Shown here: piece after piece, positions 1 to 9,473 of the stretch | Layout of the letters: every line of letters begins with the position of its first letter | Numbering within the stretch: the first letter of the stretch is position 1 | Origin: a virus | Virus record (IMG/VR): IMGVR_UViG_3300050821_007139 | Coordinates: 1 to 64,000 of that record | Length of the DNA stretch: 64,000 nt | Reading direction: 5' to 3' (one strand) | Program-made: the position numbers and the translations under genes | The notes under the pieces: generated by a model | Database searches by the model: none | What the model was told of the DNA's origin: nothing | Seen by the model: only the letters and a program-made list of their open reading frames with translations

Positions 1-22
1 GCCTGGTTCGCCTCAAGCCGGC

Positions 23-340
23 TTGCCTATGTGGGATTTTATGGGACAGGCACTTGAATTAGGAAAAATTATAACTAAGCTTGATCTGACTCCAGCTACA
101 GTGCCAGATACCCCTGTACCATCAAGCAATGTCCTTGCTGCACCTGAAACTACTCCTGAAACTCCATCTGTACCTTCAGCTCCTATTTCTTCTCTTCCCG
201 AACCTCCGACTCCTATTCGTGGTGGACAAGCTGCGGCTTCAATGAAATCCCCTAATGAAATGACTATGGAGGAGTATGCAGCTAAACGTACTCCGCAAAT
301 TATTGCTGAAAGAAGACCCGGACATAGGTTATTACAATAG
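23..340 (+). CDS. C-terminal part of capsid scaffolding protein (gene likely begins before the window)
   Basis: Pro/Thr-rich linker ending in 'PNEMTMEEYAAKR', a typical scaffold coat-binding tail; directly upstream of coat gene. Confidence 0.7.
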   Translation: MPMWDFMGQALELGKIITKLDLTPATVPDTPVPSSNVLAAPETTPETPSVPSAPISSLPEPPTPIRGGQAAASMKSPNEMTMEEYAAKRTPQIIAERRPGHRLLQ

Positions 341-341
341 G

Positions 342-504
342 AACTTTACTTATCTTAGTCCACCAGAGGCTTAATTCTGGGAATAAAGCTTTGGCTTTAT
401 TTCGCTTAGGGGCGTCAATCCTAGCTGAACCAAGCAGCATATCTTGGGCAAATCCGCGGAGGCGTTACTCAACTTTACTTATCCCGAGGCATGGAAAGGG
501 CCTC
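342..504 (+). promoter_or_regulatory. Multi-hairpin leader between scaffold and coat genes
   Basis: Stems ccaga/tctgg (363-380), aataaagc/gctttatt (382-401), tagg/ccta (407-423), ccaag/cttgg (430-447), gaggc/gcctc (486-504); direct repeat aactttacttatc at 342 and 471. Confidence 0.45.
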
Positions 505-540
505 TTAACTTTAACTTTTACCTCCCGGAAGGTTATATAA

Positions 541-1740
541 ATGGCAGACAATAGTTTACTACAGCCTAGCATTATTTCTAAAGAAACTTTGGTTATCTTG
601 GAAAACAATTTGGTTATGGCGGGTAAGGTTAACCGTCAGTTTGAGAATCAATTCGTTAAAATCGGCTCTAGTTTAACCATTCGGAAACCGAATAAATTTC
701 AGATTCGTACTGGTCCTGGATTGCAAATTCAGAATGTGACCGAGCCTAGTACTTCTATTACAATTTCTAATCAACGTGGTGTTGACTTTCAATTTAGTTC
801 TACCGACTTGACGCTTACTATTGAAGAATTTTCTGAGCGTTATTGCAAGCCTGCAGCGGCCACTATGGCTAATAAACTCGATCTAGATATTATGCAAAAT
901 TTTACCAGTATCTGGAACGTAGTAGGAACGCCTGGTGTTACGCCGGCGGCATATTCAAGTGTTGCTGCAGTCGGTCAGCGCATGGATGAAGGCGCTGTAC
1001 CTCAAGACGGGCGTTGCTTGGTTCTTGGGCCCAAAGCTTATTGGTCCATAGATAATGCTCTAATTACCCTTTACGTTCGTTCTGTTGCTGAGCCGGCTCT
1101 TAAAGGTTTTTTGGCTAATATTGCCAATTTTGAAATCTATGGTGATCAGAACGCACCGAGCCAAACTGTTGGCACCCTTGGTGGAACTCCAATTGTTAAT
1201 GGTTCGAATCAAACTGGTTCTAATCTTGTAACTAATGGTTGGACTGCTAATGTAACTGGAGTCCTTAACGTTGGCGATGTATTCACACTTGCTGGCGTTT
1301 TTGCAATTAATCCACAATCGCGGCAATCCACGGGAGCCTTAGCGCAGTTTGTTGTTACTGCTCCAGTTAATTCCGATGGTAGTGGTAATGCAACGATTCC
1401 AATCTCGCCCGCAATTACTCTAGCAGGTCCGCCGCCGGGGAATCCGTATCAGACTGTGACTGTTGCGCCGGCTAACCTAGCTCCTATTACAGTTGTAGGT
1501 CTTTCTGCGACTAATTATCCACAAAGTCTCGGCTTCGTTAAAGATACCTTTGGTCTCGTTACAGTTCCAATGGAGATTCCGGAAGGGGTGGATTTTGCAG
1601 CAAGGGAGACTTATAAGGGAATTAGTATGAGGATAATTAGAGCTTACGATATTAATAATGACGTTTTCCCTGCTCGTCTAGATATACTTTACGGCACTGC
1701 TACTTACTATCCTGAAATGGGTGTGAGATTGACGGGTTAA
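541..1740 (+). CDS. Major capsid protein, P22 coat (gp5) family
   Basis: N-term 'L.ILENNLVM', 'KIGSSLTIRKP', C-term 'RLDILYG...YPEMGVRL', all typical of the P22 coat family. Confidence 0.92.
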   Translation: MADNSLLQPSIISKETLVILENNLVMAGKVNRQFENQFVKIGSSLTIRKPNKFQIRTGPGLQIQNVTEPSTSITISNQRGVDFQFSSTDLTLTIEEFSERYCKPAAATMANKLDLDIMQNFTSIWNVVGTPGVTPAAYSSVAAVGQRMDEGAVPQDGRCLVLGPKAYWSIDNALITLYVRSVAEPALKGFLANIANFEIYGDQNAPSQTVGTLGGTPIVNGSNQTGSNLVTNGWTANVTGVLNVGDVFTLAGVFAINPQSRQSTGALAQFVVTAPVNSDGSGNATIPISPAITLAGPPPGNPYQTVTVAPANLAPITVVGLSATNYPQSLGFVKDTFGLVTVPMEIPEGVDFAARETYKGISMRIIRAYDINNDVFPARLDILYGTATYYPEMGVRLTG

Positions 1741-1748
1741 TTAAGTCT

Positions 1749-2048
1749 ATGTCAAGTTCAACCCCACTCAAACCCTCTGCTCGCGTCAGTGGAGGCCAGC
1801 CAAATGGCTTCCCTGATTTTAAGCCTATCAATAAACTACCTGATCATGAGATTAGAGAACTTTTAAAGAAAACTCTAAAACCTGCTCTATATCAGGTGCG
1901 TGTTGATGATAGAAAGAAAGGTAATATTGCTGTAGGGCCTAAAGGCCCTGTGCATATTATTGAACCTTTTGCTAATGCTATATCAACACAGATCCAATTA
2001 GGCCGCGAGAAAGATTGGGCGAACCCGATAGTTACTTTAGTTATTTAG
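1749..2048 (+). CDS. Hypothetical protein
   Basis: ORF within head operon. Confidence 0.55.
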   Translation: MSSSTPLKPSARVSGGQPNGFPDFKPINKLPDHEIRELLKKTLKPALYQVRVDDRKKGNIAVGPKGPVHIIEPFANAISTQIQLGREKDWANPIVTLVI

Positions 2049-2057
2049 GAGATTTTT

Positions 2058-2282
2058 ATGCCTGTTGCAATTCCAGTTGAAACGAAAGCGGTAAGGCAAT
2101 TAAGTGATGGGAATAGTGTAGGAACGGTTATGGGTAACGGCCCAAGTGATCACCTTGGGTTTTTCGGGCTTGGCACTCCTATAATCCAACCTACTGGAGA
2201 TGGAGGTACGCCGGGTGCTTATACTTATTCTGCAGGGGCTGTAGTAACGGCGCTAAAGGCATTGGGTTTAATTGCTACCTAA
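2058..2282 (+). CDS. Small virion structural/decoration-like protein
   Basis: SD aggaga; 'GTVMG...DHLGFFG..TP..QP' and 'ALKALGLIA' motifs seen in small genes following P22-type coats. Confidence 0.55.
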   Translation: MPVAIPVETKAVRQLSDGNSVGTVMGNGPSDHLGFFGLGTPIIQPTGDGGTPGAYTYSAGAVVTALKALGLIAT

Positions 2283-2297
2283 GTTCGCCACTTAACT

Positions 2298-3653
2298 ATG
2301 TCTGTCTCACATTCGGTAGTCACTTCTTGGCTCTATAGAGGACGCCATCAACAGATAGAGTCTTGCTTTAGAGCCAAGCTGCCGAATGTTAATGCTTGGC
2401 AAGGTTTGGCATCTCTTAGTGCAGGAAAAGGAAAATTTCTAGCTGCAGAATTTCTTTGTCGTAAAGCTTTAAGTATTGATCCGACTCATGAAGAATCTTT
2501 GATTGCATTAAGTGGTGTTCTTATTTATTTTAAGCAATATGATGAAGCAGAGGAAATTTTAACAAAGCTTATTGAAAGAGACTTGGAATCTAGATATCAA
2601 GTCGAGCAAAATCTTGGTTTTCTTATGCTTGAAATAGGGCAGACAAGCAAAGCTTTAGATTTACTTATTCCAGCATACGAGCATGCTCCTGAAGAAGCCA
2701 AAGCAGGTATAAAATATGGTATTGGGTATGCAAGACTAAAGAATGGTGATCTTCGCGCAGGATTTACAATAGTTCAAGAGCAATGGAATACCCCTAATAG
2801 TCATATTTGGGGCCTTGGAATACCAGAATGGAATGGTGATATAAGTGCTCTTAAGGGCGCACGTATCTTAGTACATCATTATCAGGGATATGGGGATACT
2901 ATCCAGTTCAGCCGCTTCATGAAACGGCTGTGTGACTATGGTGCTTATGTTATTGCAGCAGTCCCTAAACCTTTGCTTCGCATATTAGATTCGCCTGATC
3001 TTACTAATATTGTAGTCGATATAAACGAACCTTTGCCGCCCGTAGACTATCATGTATCAGTTTCATCTTTACCGGCGCTGCTTAAGATTGAATTAAATGA
3101 TCTTCCTAATATAGAATTTCCTTATCTACATAGCACTTATATTCCTGGTAATAAAGAGTCTTTCCCGTTACCACATAGAAATGGGAATCAAAATGTAGGT
3201 ATAATTTGGAAAGCTGATAAATACGGCAGTGGCCCAAGGCGCTCAATTCCTTTAGAATGTTTTCTTCCTTTGACGTTAATACCTCATGCTACAATTTATA
3301 GCCTACAATTTGAAGGGATTGAAGATATAGCTCGACTTGGAGTTTCGGATCTCATAACTGATTTGTCTTATTCCATCCGCGATTTTGCAGATCTTGCTGA
3401 GCGTATAGAAGAAATGGACATTATGGTGTGCGCCGATACCGGTCCGCTCCATCTTGTTGGCGCGTTAAATCGGCCTTGTATTGCACTATTATCTTTTGCC
3501 GCTGCGGATTGGCGTTGGTTGGAACATGATCGAAAAGATAATCCTTGGTATCCCTCTATGCAAGTAATTCGCCAATCGAAGTCCTGTAGTTGGGATGAGG
3601 TAATAGAACAAGTGATTCCTATTATTTCGAATTATTCCTATGATGCATATTGA
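2298..3653 (+). CDS. TPR-containing glycosyltransferase (GT9/heptosyltransferase-like C-terminus)
   Basis: N-terminal TPR-like helices; 'QGYGDTIQFSRF', 'DTGPLHLVGAL', 'DWRW....NPWYPS' motifs. Confidence 0.88.
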   Translation: MSVSHSVVTSWLYRGRHQQIESCFRAKLPNVNAWQGLASLSAGKGKFLAAEFLCRKALSIDPTHEESLIALSGVLIYFKQYDEAEEILTKLIERDLESRYQVEQNLGFLMLEIGQTSKALDLLIPAYEHAPEEAKAGIKYGIGYARLKNGDLRAGFTIVQEQWNTPNSHIWGLGIPEWNGDISALKGARILVHHYQGYGDTIQFSRFMKRLCDYGAYVIAAVPKPLLRILDSPDLTNIVVDINEPLPPVDYHVSVSSLPALLKIELNDLPNIEFPYLHSTYIPGNKESFPLPHRNGNQNVGIIWKADKYGSGPRRSIPLECFLPLTLIPHATIYSLQFEGIEDIARLGVSDLITDLSYSIRDFADLAERIEEMDIMVCADTGPLHLVGALNRPCIALLSFAAADWRWLEHDRKDNPWYPSMQVIRQSKSCSWDEVIEQVIPIISNYSYDAY

Positions 3654-4341
3654 TCCTATAAGTGGGTTACCTAGCCAATGTAGGTATGGAAATATAAGTT
3701 TTTCCCAGACTGGGGCTGATTTTTTGCTCTTGAATCTTTTTGAGCTGCTTGGAATAACAAATCCTTCTTACCTTGATGTTGGCGCATTCCATCCTACGGT
3801 TATAAGCAATACGGCTCTGCTTTACTCTCGCGGCTCACGTGGAGTTAATATAGAAGCAAACCCGGCGCTTATAGAGAATTTTTATAAAGCTCGGCCTGAA
3901 GATTTAAATATTAATATCGGTATAACACCGTGTGGTGGTGAGGTTGAATTTTATAGGATTGATTCATTTTCTGGCCGGAATACATTTGATCCCGAAGCGG
4001 CTCATGGATTTGTTCATGAGAACCCTAGCTTTCAAATTTCAGATACCTTGGTGCTTGAAACTATAACTTTAAATAAAGCTGTTGATACTTATTGTAATGG
4101 GATTTTTCCGGATTTGCTTTTGATAGATATTGAAGGGCTAGATTTGAATGTATTAGAGTCAACTGATTTTAGCTCAAGCCATCCTAAGGTTATTTGTGTA
4201 GAAACAGTTGATTTTAAAGGCGAGAGTCGTTACAGAGATTTTGCTTATCTACTGCTTCTCAAAGGCTTCGTACCATATTGTCGCCTTATTGCTGATGCAA
4301 TTTTTGTCTGGAACGAGAACGCAAAGGAGCTAAATAAATGA
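3640..4341 (+). CDS. FkbM-family SAM-dependent methyltransferase
   Basis: 'YLDVGAFHP...SNT', 'GVNIEAN', 'LLIDIEG.D', 'PKVICVE'. Confidence 0.88.
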   Translation: MMHIDPISGLPSQCRYGNISFSQTGADFLLLNLFELLGITNPSYLDVGAFHPTVISNTALLYSRGSRGVNIEANPALIENFYKARPEDLNINIGITPCGGEVEFYRIDSFSGRNTFDPEAAHGFVHENPSFQISDTLVLETITLNKAVDTYCNGIFPDLLLIDIEGLDLNVLESTDFSSSHPKVICVETVDFKGESRYRDFAYLLLLKGFVPYCRLIADAIFVWNENAKELNK

Positions 4342-5150
4342 CAGTCGAACCAGGTTATCCTGTGACTTTAGTTCATCCAAGACATGTTCCAGCTAAAATT
4401 GCAACTGGAAATGAAATCGGTGTACCGGAGAGATTTCCAGCTATAACTGTCAATGGCGCTTTACACGAGGCGCAGTATCGCTCGCAAGGCTATCTTCGTT
4501 ATGGCGAACCTATGCAACAAGAAGATTACCATGAATTTCCCAAAATCCTCCGGCACCCGGAATATAGGGAAGCAATTCCGTCTCGTGTAGAAGCTAAGAT
4601 TGAAGATGGGCGAATCACAGGAACATTTACAATTCCTGCAACGCCAGCTGAGTATCCAGATGTAACTGTTAATAATGAGGACGAAGAAACCTCTTGGCGA
4701 GATAAGGGATATTTGCCCGCTGGAGATTATAATAAAGATGCATTGGATTCTGTTCTTACAGGAACAATACATAAAGAAGCGTATGTAGCTACACAATACC
4801 CAATGTGGGTTGATGGGAAATTAATTGCGCATGATCCAGATGGCCTAGATTCAAGTCCTGATCCAAATTATCCTAAATTTGAAAATGGGACTATTGTTCC
4901 CGATCCTCGGTTTCCTCCTGTGCCTGATCCGAATAAATATCCAATGTGGGTACATAAAGATGGAATTCCAAGCGAAGAATCTGAATTAGCAGAAACACCC
5001 GAAAAAGAATTTAAAATAAGACAAAAGTGGGTAATTAAAGCTGAACAAGATTTGGAAGAGATAAATTTAGCATCTGATACTTCAGATCAAAATCCAGTAC
5101 CGATTTCTACCTCTTCTTCTAAATCAAAAACAAAACAAATCTCTATTTAG
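4338..5150 (+). CDS. Hypothetical head-associated protein with internal repeats
   Basis: Duplicated 'HP...P..TV....E.....GY' unit and repeated YP(K/M)(W/F) motifs. Confidence 0.6.
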   Translation: MTVEPGYPVTLVHPRHVPAKIATGNEIGVPERFPAITVNGALHEAQYRSQGYLRYGEPMQQEDYHEFPKILRHPEYREAIPSRVEAKIEDGRITGTFTIPATPAEYPDVTVNNEDEETSWRDKGYLPAGDYNKDALDSVLTGTIHKEAYVATQYPMWVDGKLIAHDPDGLDSSPDPNYPKFENGTIVPDPRFPPVPDPNKYPMWVHKDGIPSEESELAETPEKEFKIRQKWVIKAEQDLEEINLASDTSDQNPVPISTSSSKSKTKQISI

Positions 5151-5162
5151 GATTAATAATTT

Positions 5163-5879
5163 ATGACTGTTCCTTTAGATATTATAACTGATGCTTTAGA
5201 AAAGCTCGGGGTTTATTCTCCTGGCGAACCATTATCTGCTGCTGATGCTTCCCGAAGCTTACAGATGCTTAGCGATCTTATGGATCAATGGGCCAATGAT
5301 TCTATCCAACTATACTTTCTTCAAGCTATCGAAGCCAGTTTAATGGCGGGTACAAGTATTTATACTGTTGGCCAAGGCGGAAGTATAAGTGCAGGTGCGC
5401 GGCCCGTCAAGGTAGTTATGGGCCCTGGTGTAGCTTCAGTTACAGTTGTAAGCACAACTACACCAGTGGATTCTGTTAGCTCTATTGAATGGAATGCTAT
5501 TTATAACACCCAAGATCCTCCACCTGTCGGGATACCGACAGCTATGTTTTATCAATCTTCGTTTCCTTTAGGGCTATTATCTTTGGTTCCAGTTCCAAGT
5601 ACTGGTATGACGCTGACGTTTAGTGGTTATTATGGTTTAGTTAATTATGCGGCGAATTTAACAAGTCCAAATGTAACCTTGGCTCCAGGGCAGCAAGTGG
5701 GATTGGCTTCTAATCTTGCTATTCTTTTACATTCCTATTTTAGTATAGGAACTATTACGCAAGATTTAATAGCAGAGGCACAACAATCTAAGACGACCCT
5801 TACGTTGACTAACAGACTCTCGCGTGCTATGTCGGCACGTAATGTTCAGCCGCAGACTCCAGCGGCTCCGAGACCCTAA
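5163..5879 (+). CDS. Head-tail adaptor, P22 gp4-like (copy 1)
   Basis: 'DIITDALEKLGVYSPGE.....D....LQ.L.D.MDQW' N-terminus; position before gp10. Confidence 0.75.
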   Translation: MTVPLDIITDALEKLGVYSPGEPLSAADASRSLQMLSDLMDQWANDSIQLYFLQAIEASLMAGTSIYTVGQGGSISAGARPVKVVMGPGVASVTVVSTTTPVDSVSSIEWNAIYNTQDPPPVGIPTAMFYQSSFPLGLLSLVPVPSTGMTLTFSGYYGLVNYAANLTSPNVTLAPGQQVGLASNLAILLHSYFSIGTITQDLIAEAQQSKTTLTLTNRLSRAMSARNVQPQTPAAPRP

Positions 5880-5897
5880 TTAAAGGAGTAATTTTCC

Positions 5898-6623
5898 TTG
5901 GCTAATGCCCGCGAGGTTATCCAGGACGCGTTTGAATCTTTAAGGATTTATTCTCCTGGAGAATCTGTTCTTGACGCCGATATGAGTCGCGGGTTTGCTG
6001 TTCTTAATGATATGTTGGGCTCGTGGAGCAATGAATCATTAACTACTTTTGCAACTTTAGAACAATCATTAATTTTTACTCCAGGCAAATTTCAATATAC
6101 AATTGGTGTCGGCGGCGATTTAGATACAACACGGCCATTGCGTATTAGGCACGGTTTTGGCGCGGCTTATATCCTTGATACCTCGGGAAACCGATACCCG
6201 CTGACGGTTATACAACAAGATTGGTGGAATTTAATAGGAAACATACTGCAGGTTAATGCTAATATTCCGCAATATCTTTATTATGATCCTCAAAATCCCT
6301 GGGGGATTTTGAATTTTTATCCTATTCCTAACGTCGGTTATACAGCGTTTTGGGATAGTTATTTGCAATTTGAGCGCTTTGGGTCGCTTGAGGTTCATGT
6401 TTCGCTCCCACTTGGCTATGTTATGGCAATCAAGCGTAACTTGGCGCTTGAATTAGAGCCGTATTATCCCAACGCCGTGGTATCACCTAAGCTTCAAAAA
6501 GCCGCTGAAACGTCGAAAGGAAATGTGAAGAGAACTAACTTTAGAGAAACTATAGCAAAATATGATGCTGAGCTTGTAAGTAAAAGTAGAGCTACCTATA
6601 ATGTTTATAGAGACGGGGCTTAA
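5898..6623 (+). CDS. Head-tail adaptor, P22 gp4-like (copy 2)
   Basis: 'EVIQDAFESLRIYSPGE.....D.......LNDMLGSW', 'NLALELEPYY'. Confidence 0.8.
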   Translation: MANAREVIQDAFESLRIYSPGESVLDADMSRGFAVLNDMLGSWSNESLTTFATLEQSLIFTPGKFQYTIGVGGDLDTTRPLRIRHGFGAAYILDTSGNRYPLTVIQQDWWNLIGNILQVNANIPQYLYYDPQNPWGILNFYPIPNVGYTAFWDSYLQFERFGSLEVHVSLPLGYVMAIKRNLALELEPYYPNAVVSPKLQKAAETSKGNVKRTNFRETIAKYDAELVSKSRATYNVYRDGA

Positions 6624-6626
6624 TTC

Positions 6627-8414
6627 TTGAAGACCCCTATCTTCGGTCCTTTTGCACAATCGTCATCAACTAATTTGGTTGATGCGCAGTGTATGAATCT
6701 GATTCCTCGTGTAGAAGAAACTAAGCAAGGGAAAGAAATAGGAGCTTTGTTTTTATCGCCCGGATTGGAGCTTTTTACAACTGTTGGTAATGGTCCTATT
6801 TGGGGAGAACATATTTTCTATCAAAGCGTAACAGGTCCAGCTTTGATTCATTTCTTTTTATATGTTGCTTCTGGTAATGATATTTATGCAATAGATAACG
6901 ATGGTAGTTCTACATTTTTAGGATCTGTAACAGGGGTTACTGGAGAAGTAAATTTTAAAGATAACGGAGGTCAATTAGGTATTTTCACTACCACAGGTGC
7001 TTGGTTAATAGGCCATGATGGAATGGGAGTTCCTCTAACGGGAGGAACAATTGGTGTAGCTGGAATTGATTATACCGATGGAGATATAATTTACTTGTCT
7101 CCAACTACCGGAAATGCAGCGGCTACAGCAGCTGTTGAAGTAACTTCAGTAGATGGTAGTGGCGGAGTAACTGGATTTAGTATATCTATACTTAATGGAT
7201 TGCCTTTGAGCGGCCTTTTTAATTTAACACCAAGCATACCTACTGGATTTGTGCAAGCGTTTACTACAGGCTCTGGAAGTGGTTTTGAACTTAGCGCGCC
7301 TACTTTCGGCGCTCCAACTTGGCTGTATCAAATCCCGCTTCCATTTGATCCTGTTGCAGGGCAGATTTCAGCCGTACAACAAGATGGATTTATCATAATA
7401 TCTCAACCTTTATTTTATATAATGTGGCAATCAGAACTTCTCGATATGTCACTATTTTTGCCACTCAAGTTTGCTTCGGCTTCTGGTAATCCAACAGCTA
7501 TTACCTCTATGCAACAAATCCATAGAGAGATTTTCGTTATAGAGACGTATAATACTGAGGTTTGGATAAATGCTGGAACGTCACCGTTTACATTTGCAAG
7601 GCTTGATGGAGTTTATATTGAGAAAGGGACTTTAAGTCCGGCCTCGGTTGTTCAAATTGGCGAAGAGCTTATGTGGCTCTCACAGGATACTGATGGGATT
7701 TGTAGCATTGTCCGTTTACGTGGCTATGAACCAAGAATAGTTTCAGATACTGCAGTTACAACTATTTGGCAAACATATTCTGATGTAACCAATGCTATAG
7801 CTTACGCGTATCAATTAGGCGGTAGGAGATATTATATTATATCATTCCCATCTGGAAACTCTACTTGGGGATATAATATAACTGATAGTGATTTGCTCGG
7901 AGTTCCAGTCTGGTTTCAACTCGGGCAATTTGATTCAGGAAGGTTTAATAGGCACATTGCCCAAATTAGCACCGGCAGTGGAACTCAAGGAGGGTTATTA
8001 TCAGGGAAGACGATCCTAGGTGATTATAGAAATGGAAATTTATATACATATAAACCTAATGGTTTAACTGATAACGGGGCGCAAAGGAAATGGTTGCGCT
8101 CGTGGCGGGCAAGACAGCCAGGACAAGCTTCGTTTGATCCAATTAGGTTTAATGCCTTACAGATTGATATGCAAACTGGGATTGATGTTCCAATTGATAC
8201 CGATCCTCAAGTTGAATTACGTTGGTCTGACGATGGCGGACATAGCTGGTCTATGGAGCATTTTATTCCAGCCGGAAAGTTAGGCGAAACTGCTCGGCGA
8301 GTTAAAATTAATCGCCTTGGTTCTACTAAAAGAAATGCAGGATTGGATAGAATATTTGAATTGTCCAGCTCTGATATGTTTCCTGTAACTATAATTGGTG
8401 CGGATTTGATATAA
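6627..8414 (+). CDS. Packaged DNA stabilisation / tail hub protein, P22 gp10-like
   Basis: 'AYAYQLGGRRYYIISFP', 'GDYRNG', 'LRWSDDGGHSWS', 'RLGS...DRIFEL'. Confidence 0.9.
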   Translation: MKTPIFGPFAQSSSTNLVDAQCMNLIPRVEETKQGKEIGALFLSPGLELFTTVGNGPIWGEHIFYQSVTGPALIHFFLYVASGNDIYAIDNDGSSTFLGSVTGVTGEVNFKDNGGQLGIFTTTGAWLIGHDGMGVPLTGGTIGVAGIDYTDGDIIYLSPTTGNAAATAAVEVTSVDGSGGVTGFSISILNGLPLSGLFNLTPSIPTGFVQAFTTGSGSGFELSAPTFGAPTWLYQIPLPFDPVAGQISAVQQDGFIIISQPLFYIMWQSELLDMSLFLPLKFASASGNPTAITSMQQIHREIFVIETYNTEVWINAGTSPFTFARLDGVYIEKGTLSPASVVQIGEELMWLSQDTDGICSIVRLRGYEPRIVSDTAVTTIWQTYSDVTNAIAYAYQLGGRRYYIISFPSGNSTWGYNITDSDLLGVPVWFQLGQFDSGRFNRHIAQISTGSGTQGGLLSGKTILGDYRNGNLYTYKPNGLTDNGAQRKWLRSWRARQPGQASFDPIRFNALQIDMQTGIDVPIDTDPQVELRWSDDGGHSWSMEHFIPAGKLGETARRVKINRLGSTKRNAGLDRIFELSSSDMFPVTIIGADLI

Positions 8415-8746
8415 TGGGAACAAATATCCCACCACCTAGAGAACCTCCAATAGAAGGACAGACGTTTTGGTTTACACGCCCCTGGTGGAGGTTTTTTAAC
8501 CAGATTGAAACAGCTTCAGATGGGGCTATAGGTATTGCTAATAATGCGTTAAGTGTTGCAAATGCGGCCGATCTGGCAGCAGCGACAGCGCAGACGGCTG
8601 CGGTAGCAGCACAAGCGACAGCAACGACAGCTCAACTCGAAGCGTCTAGTGCATTAGATATTGGCACCGAAGCTCTGCTTAAGCCGGACCCAGTAATTCC
8701 TGACTTAAACCAAGCAGTTTTTCTTAGCTTAATGTTAGGGGCGTGA
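8414..8746 (+). CDS. Tail needle/plug-like protein (gp26 position)
   Basis: 'TRPWWRFF' N-terminal motif then Ala/Thr coiled coil; follows gp10. Confidence 0.55.
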   Translation: MGTNIPPPREPPIEGQTFWFTRPWWRFFNQIETASDGAIGIANNALSVANAADLAAATAQTAAVAAQATATTAQLEASSALDIGTEALLKPDPVIPDLNQAVFLSLMLGA

Positions 8747-8749
8747 TAA

Positions 8750-9094
8750 GTGACAATTACGCCAGTAGTTCTTTTTGGGCCGATACAGATAGGTAATGTG
8801 CCGGTAACGCTTTACACTCAACCAGCTGGAATTGGGTTTGTTAAAGAAGTCGTGTTTACGAATGTGACAGCGGGAACAGTAGCACTAACTGTTTGGATTG
8901 TTAGATCAGGCCACGCTGCAGGCGCGACTAATATTGTTATTGGTGCCGCAGCGGCAGGATTTGCATTGACTTCTGGGCAAGCCTATATCGCGCAAGAGTT
9001 AGCTAATCTTGTTCTTGTAGTCGGAGACGCAATTGTGGCAGAGTCAAATACAGCTACTAGTATCAATTGCGTCGGCAGCGGGTGGACGCAATGA
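8750..9094 (+). CDS. Small beta-rich tail structural protein
   Basis: Tail operon position; 'LYT.P....V....FTN' and 'LVVGDAI' pattern. Confidence 0.55.
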   Translation: MTITPVVLFGPIQIGNVPVTLYTQPAGIGFVKEVVFTNVTAGTVALTVWIVRSGHAAGATNIVIGAAAAGFALTSGQAYIAQELANLVLVVGDAIVAESNTATSINCVGSGWTQ

Positions 9095-9462
9095 TACAGT
9101 TAGAGTTACCATTGCCAAAAGATGTAAGGGTAAATATTACTCAGCCTCGCGAAATTGAATTTAAAACGGTTGATGGGCTTTTTATAAAGCAGATATTTAT
9201 CCGTAATGCGGGTTCGTTTGTTCCACAACATGCACATGTCTGGAATCATACAAGTCTACTTGCTAGGGGTAGCATATTTTGTTGGAAAGATGGTAAATTA
9301 GATCAGCGCTATATTGCGCCAACTACAATTTATATTATGGCAGGAATTAAGCATTTATTTCAGTCTCTTGAGGATGATACAATTATTTATTGTATTCATA
9401 ATCTTCATGGAGAAGAGCAAGTACGAGTGCTTAAAGAGCACCAATTAACTGATTACGAATGA
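9091..9462 (+). CDS. Cupin-fold protein
   Basis: 'PQHAH...H', 'I.AG.KH.F..LEDDT..YCIH'; ATG at 9091 overlapping previous stop preferred over 9067. Confidence 0.75.
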   Translation: MIQLELPLPKDVRVNITQPREIEFKTVDGLFIKQIFIRNAGSFVPQHAHVWNHTSLLARGSIFCWKDGKLDQRYIAPTTIYIMAGIKHLFQSLEDDTIIYCIHNLHGEEQVRVLKEHQLTDYE

Positions 9463-9473
9463 GAGTAATTTAA

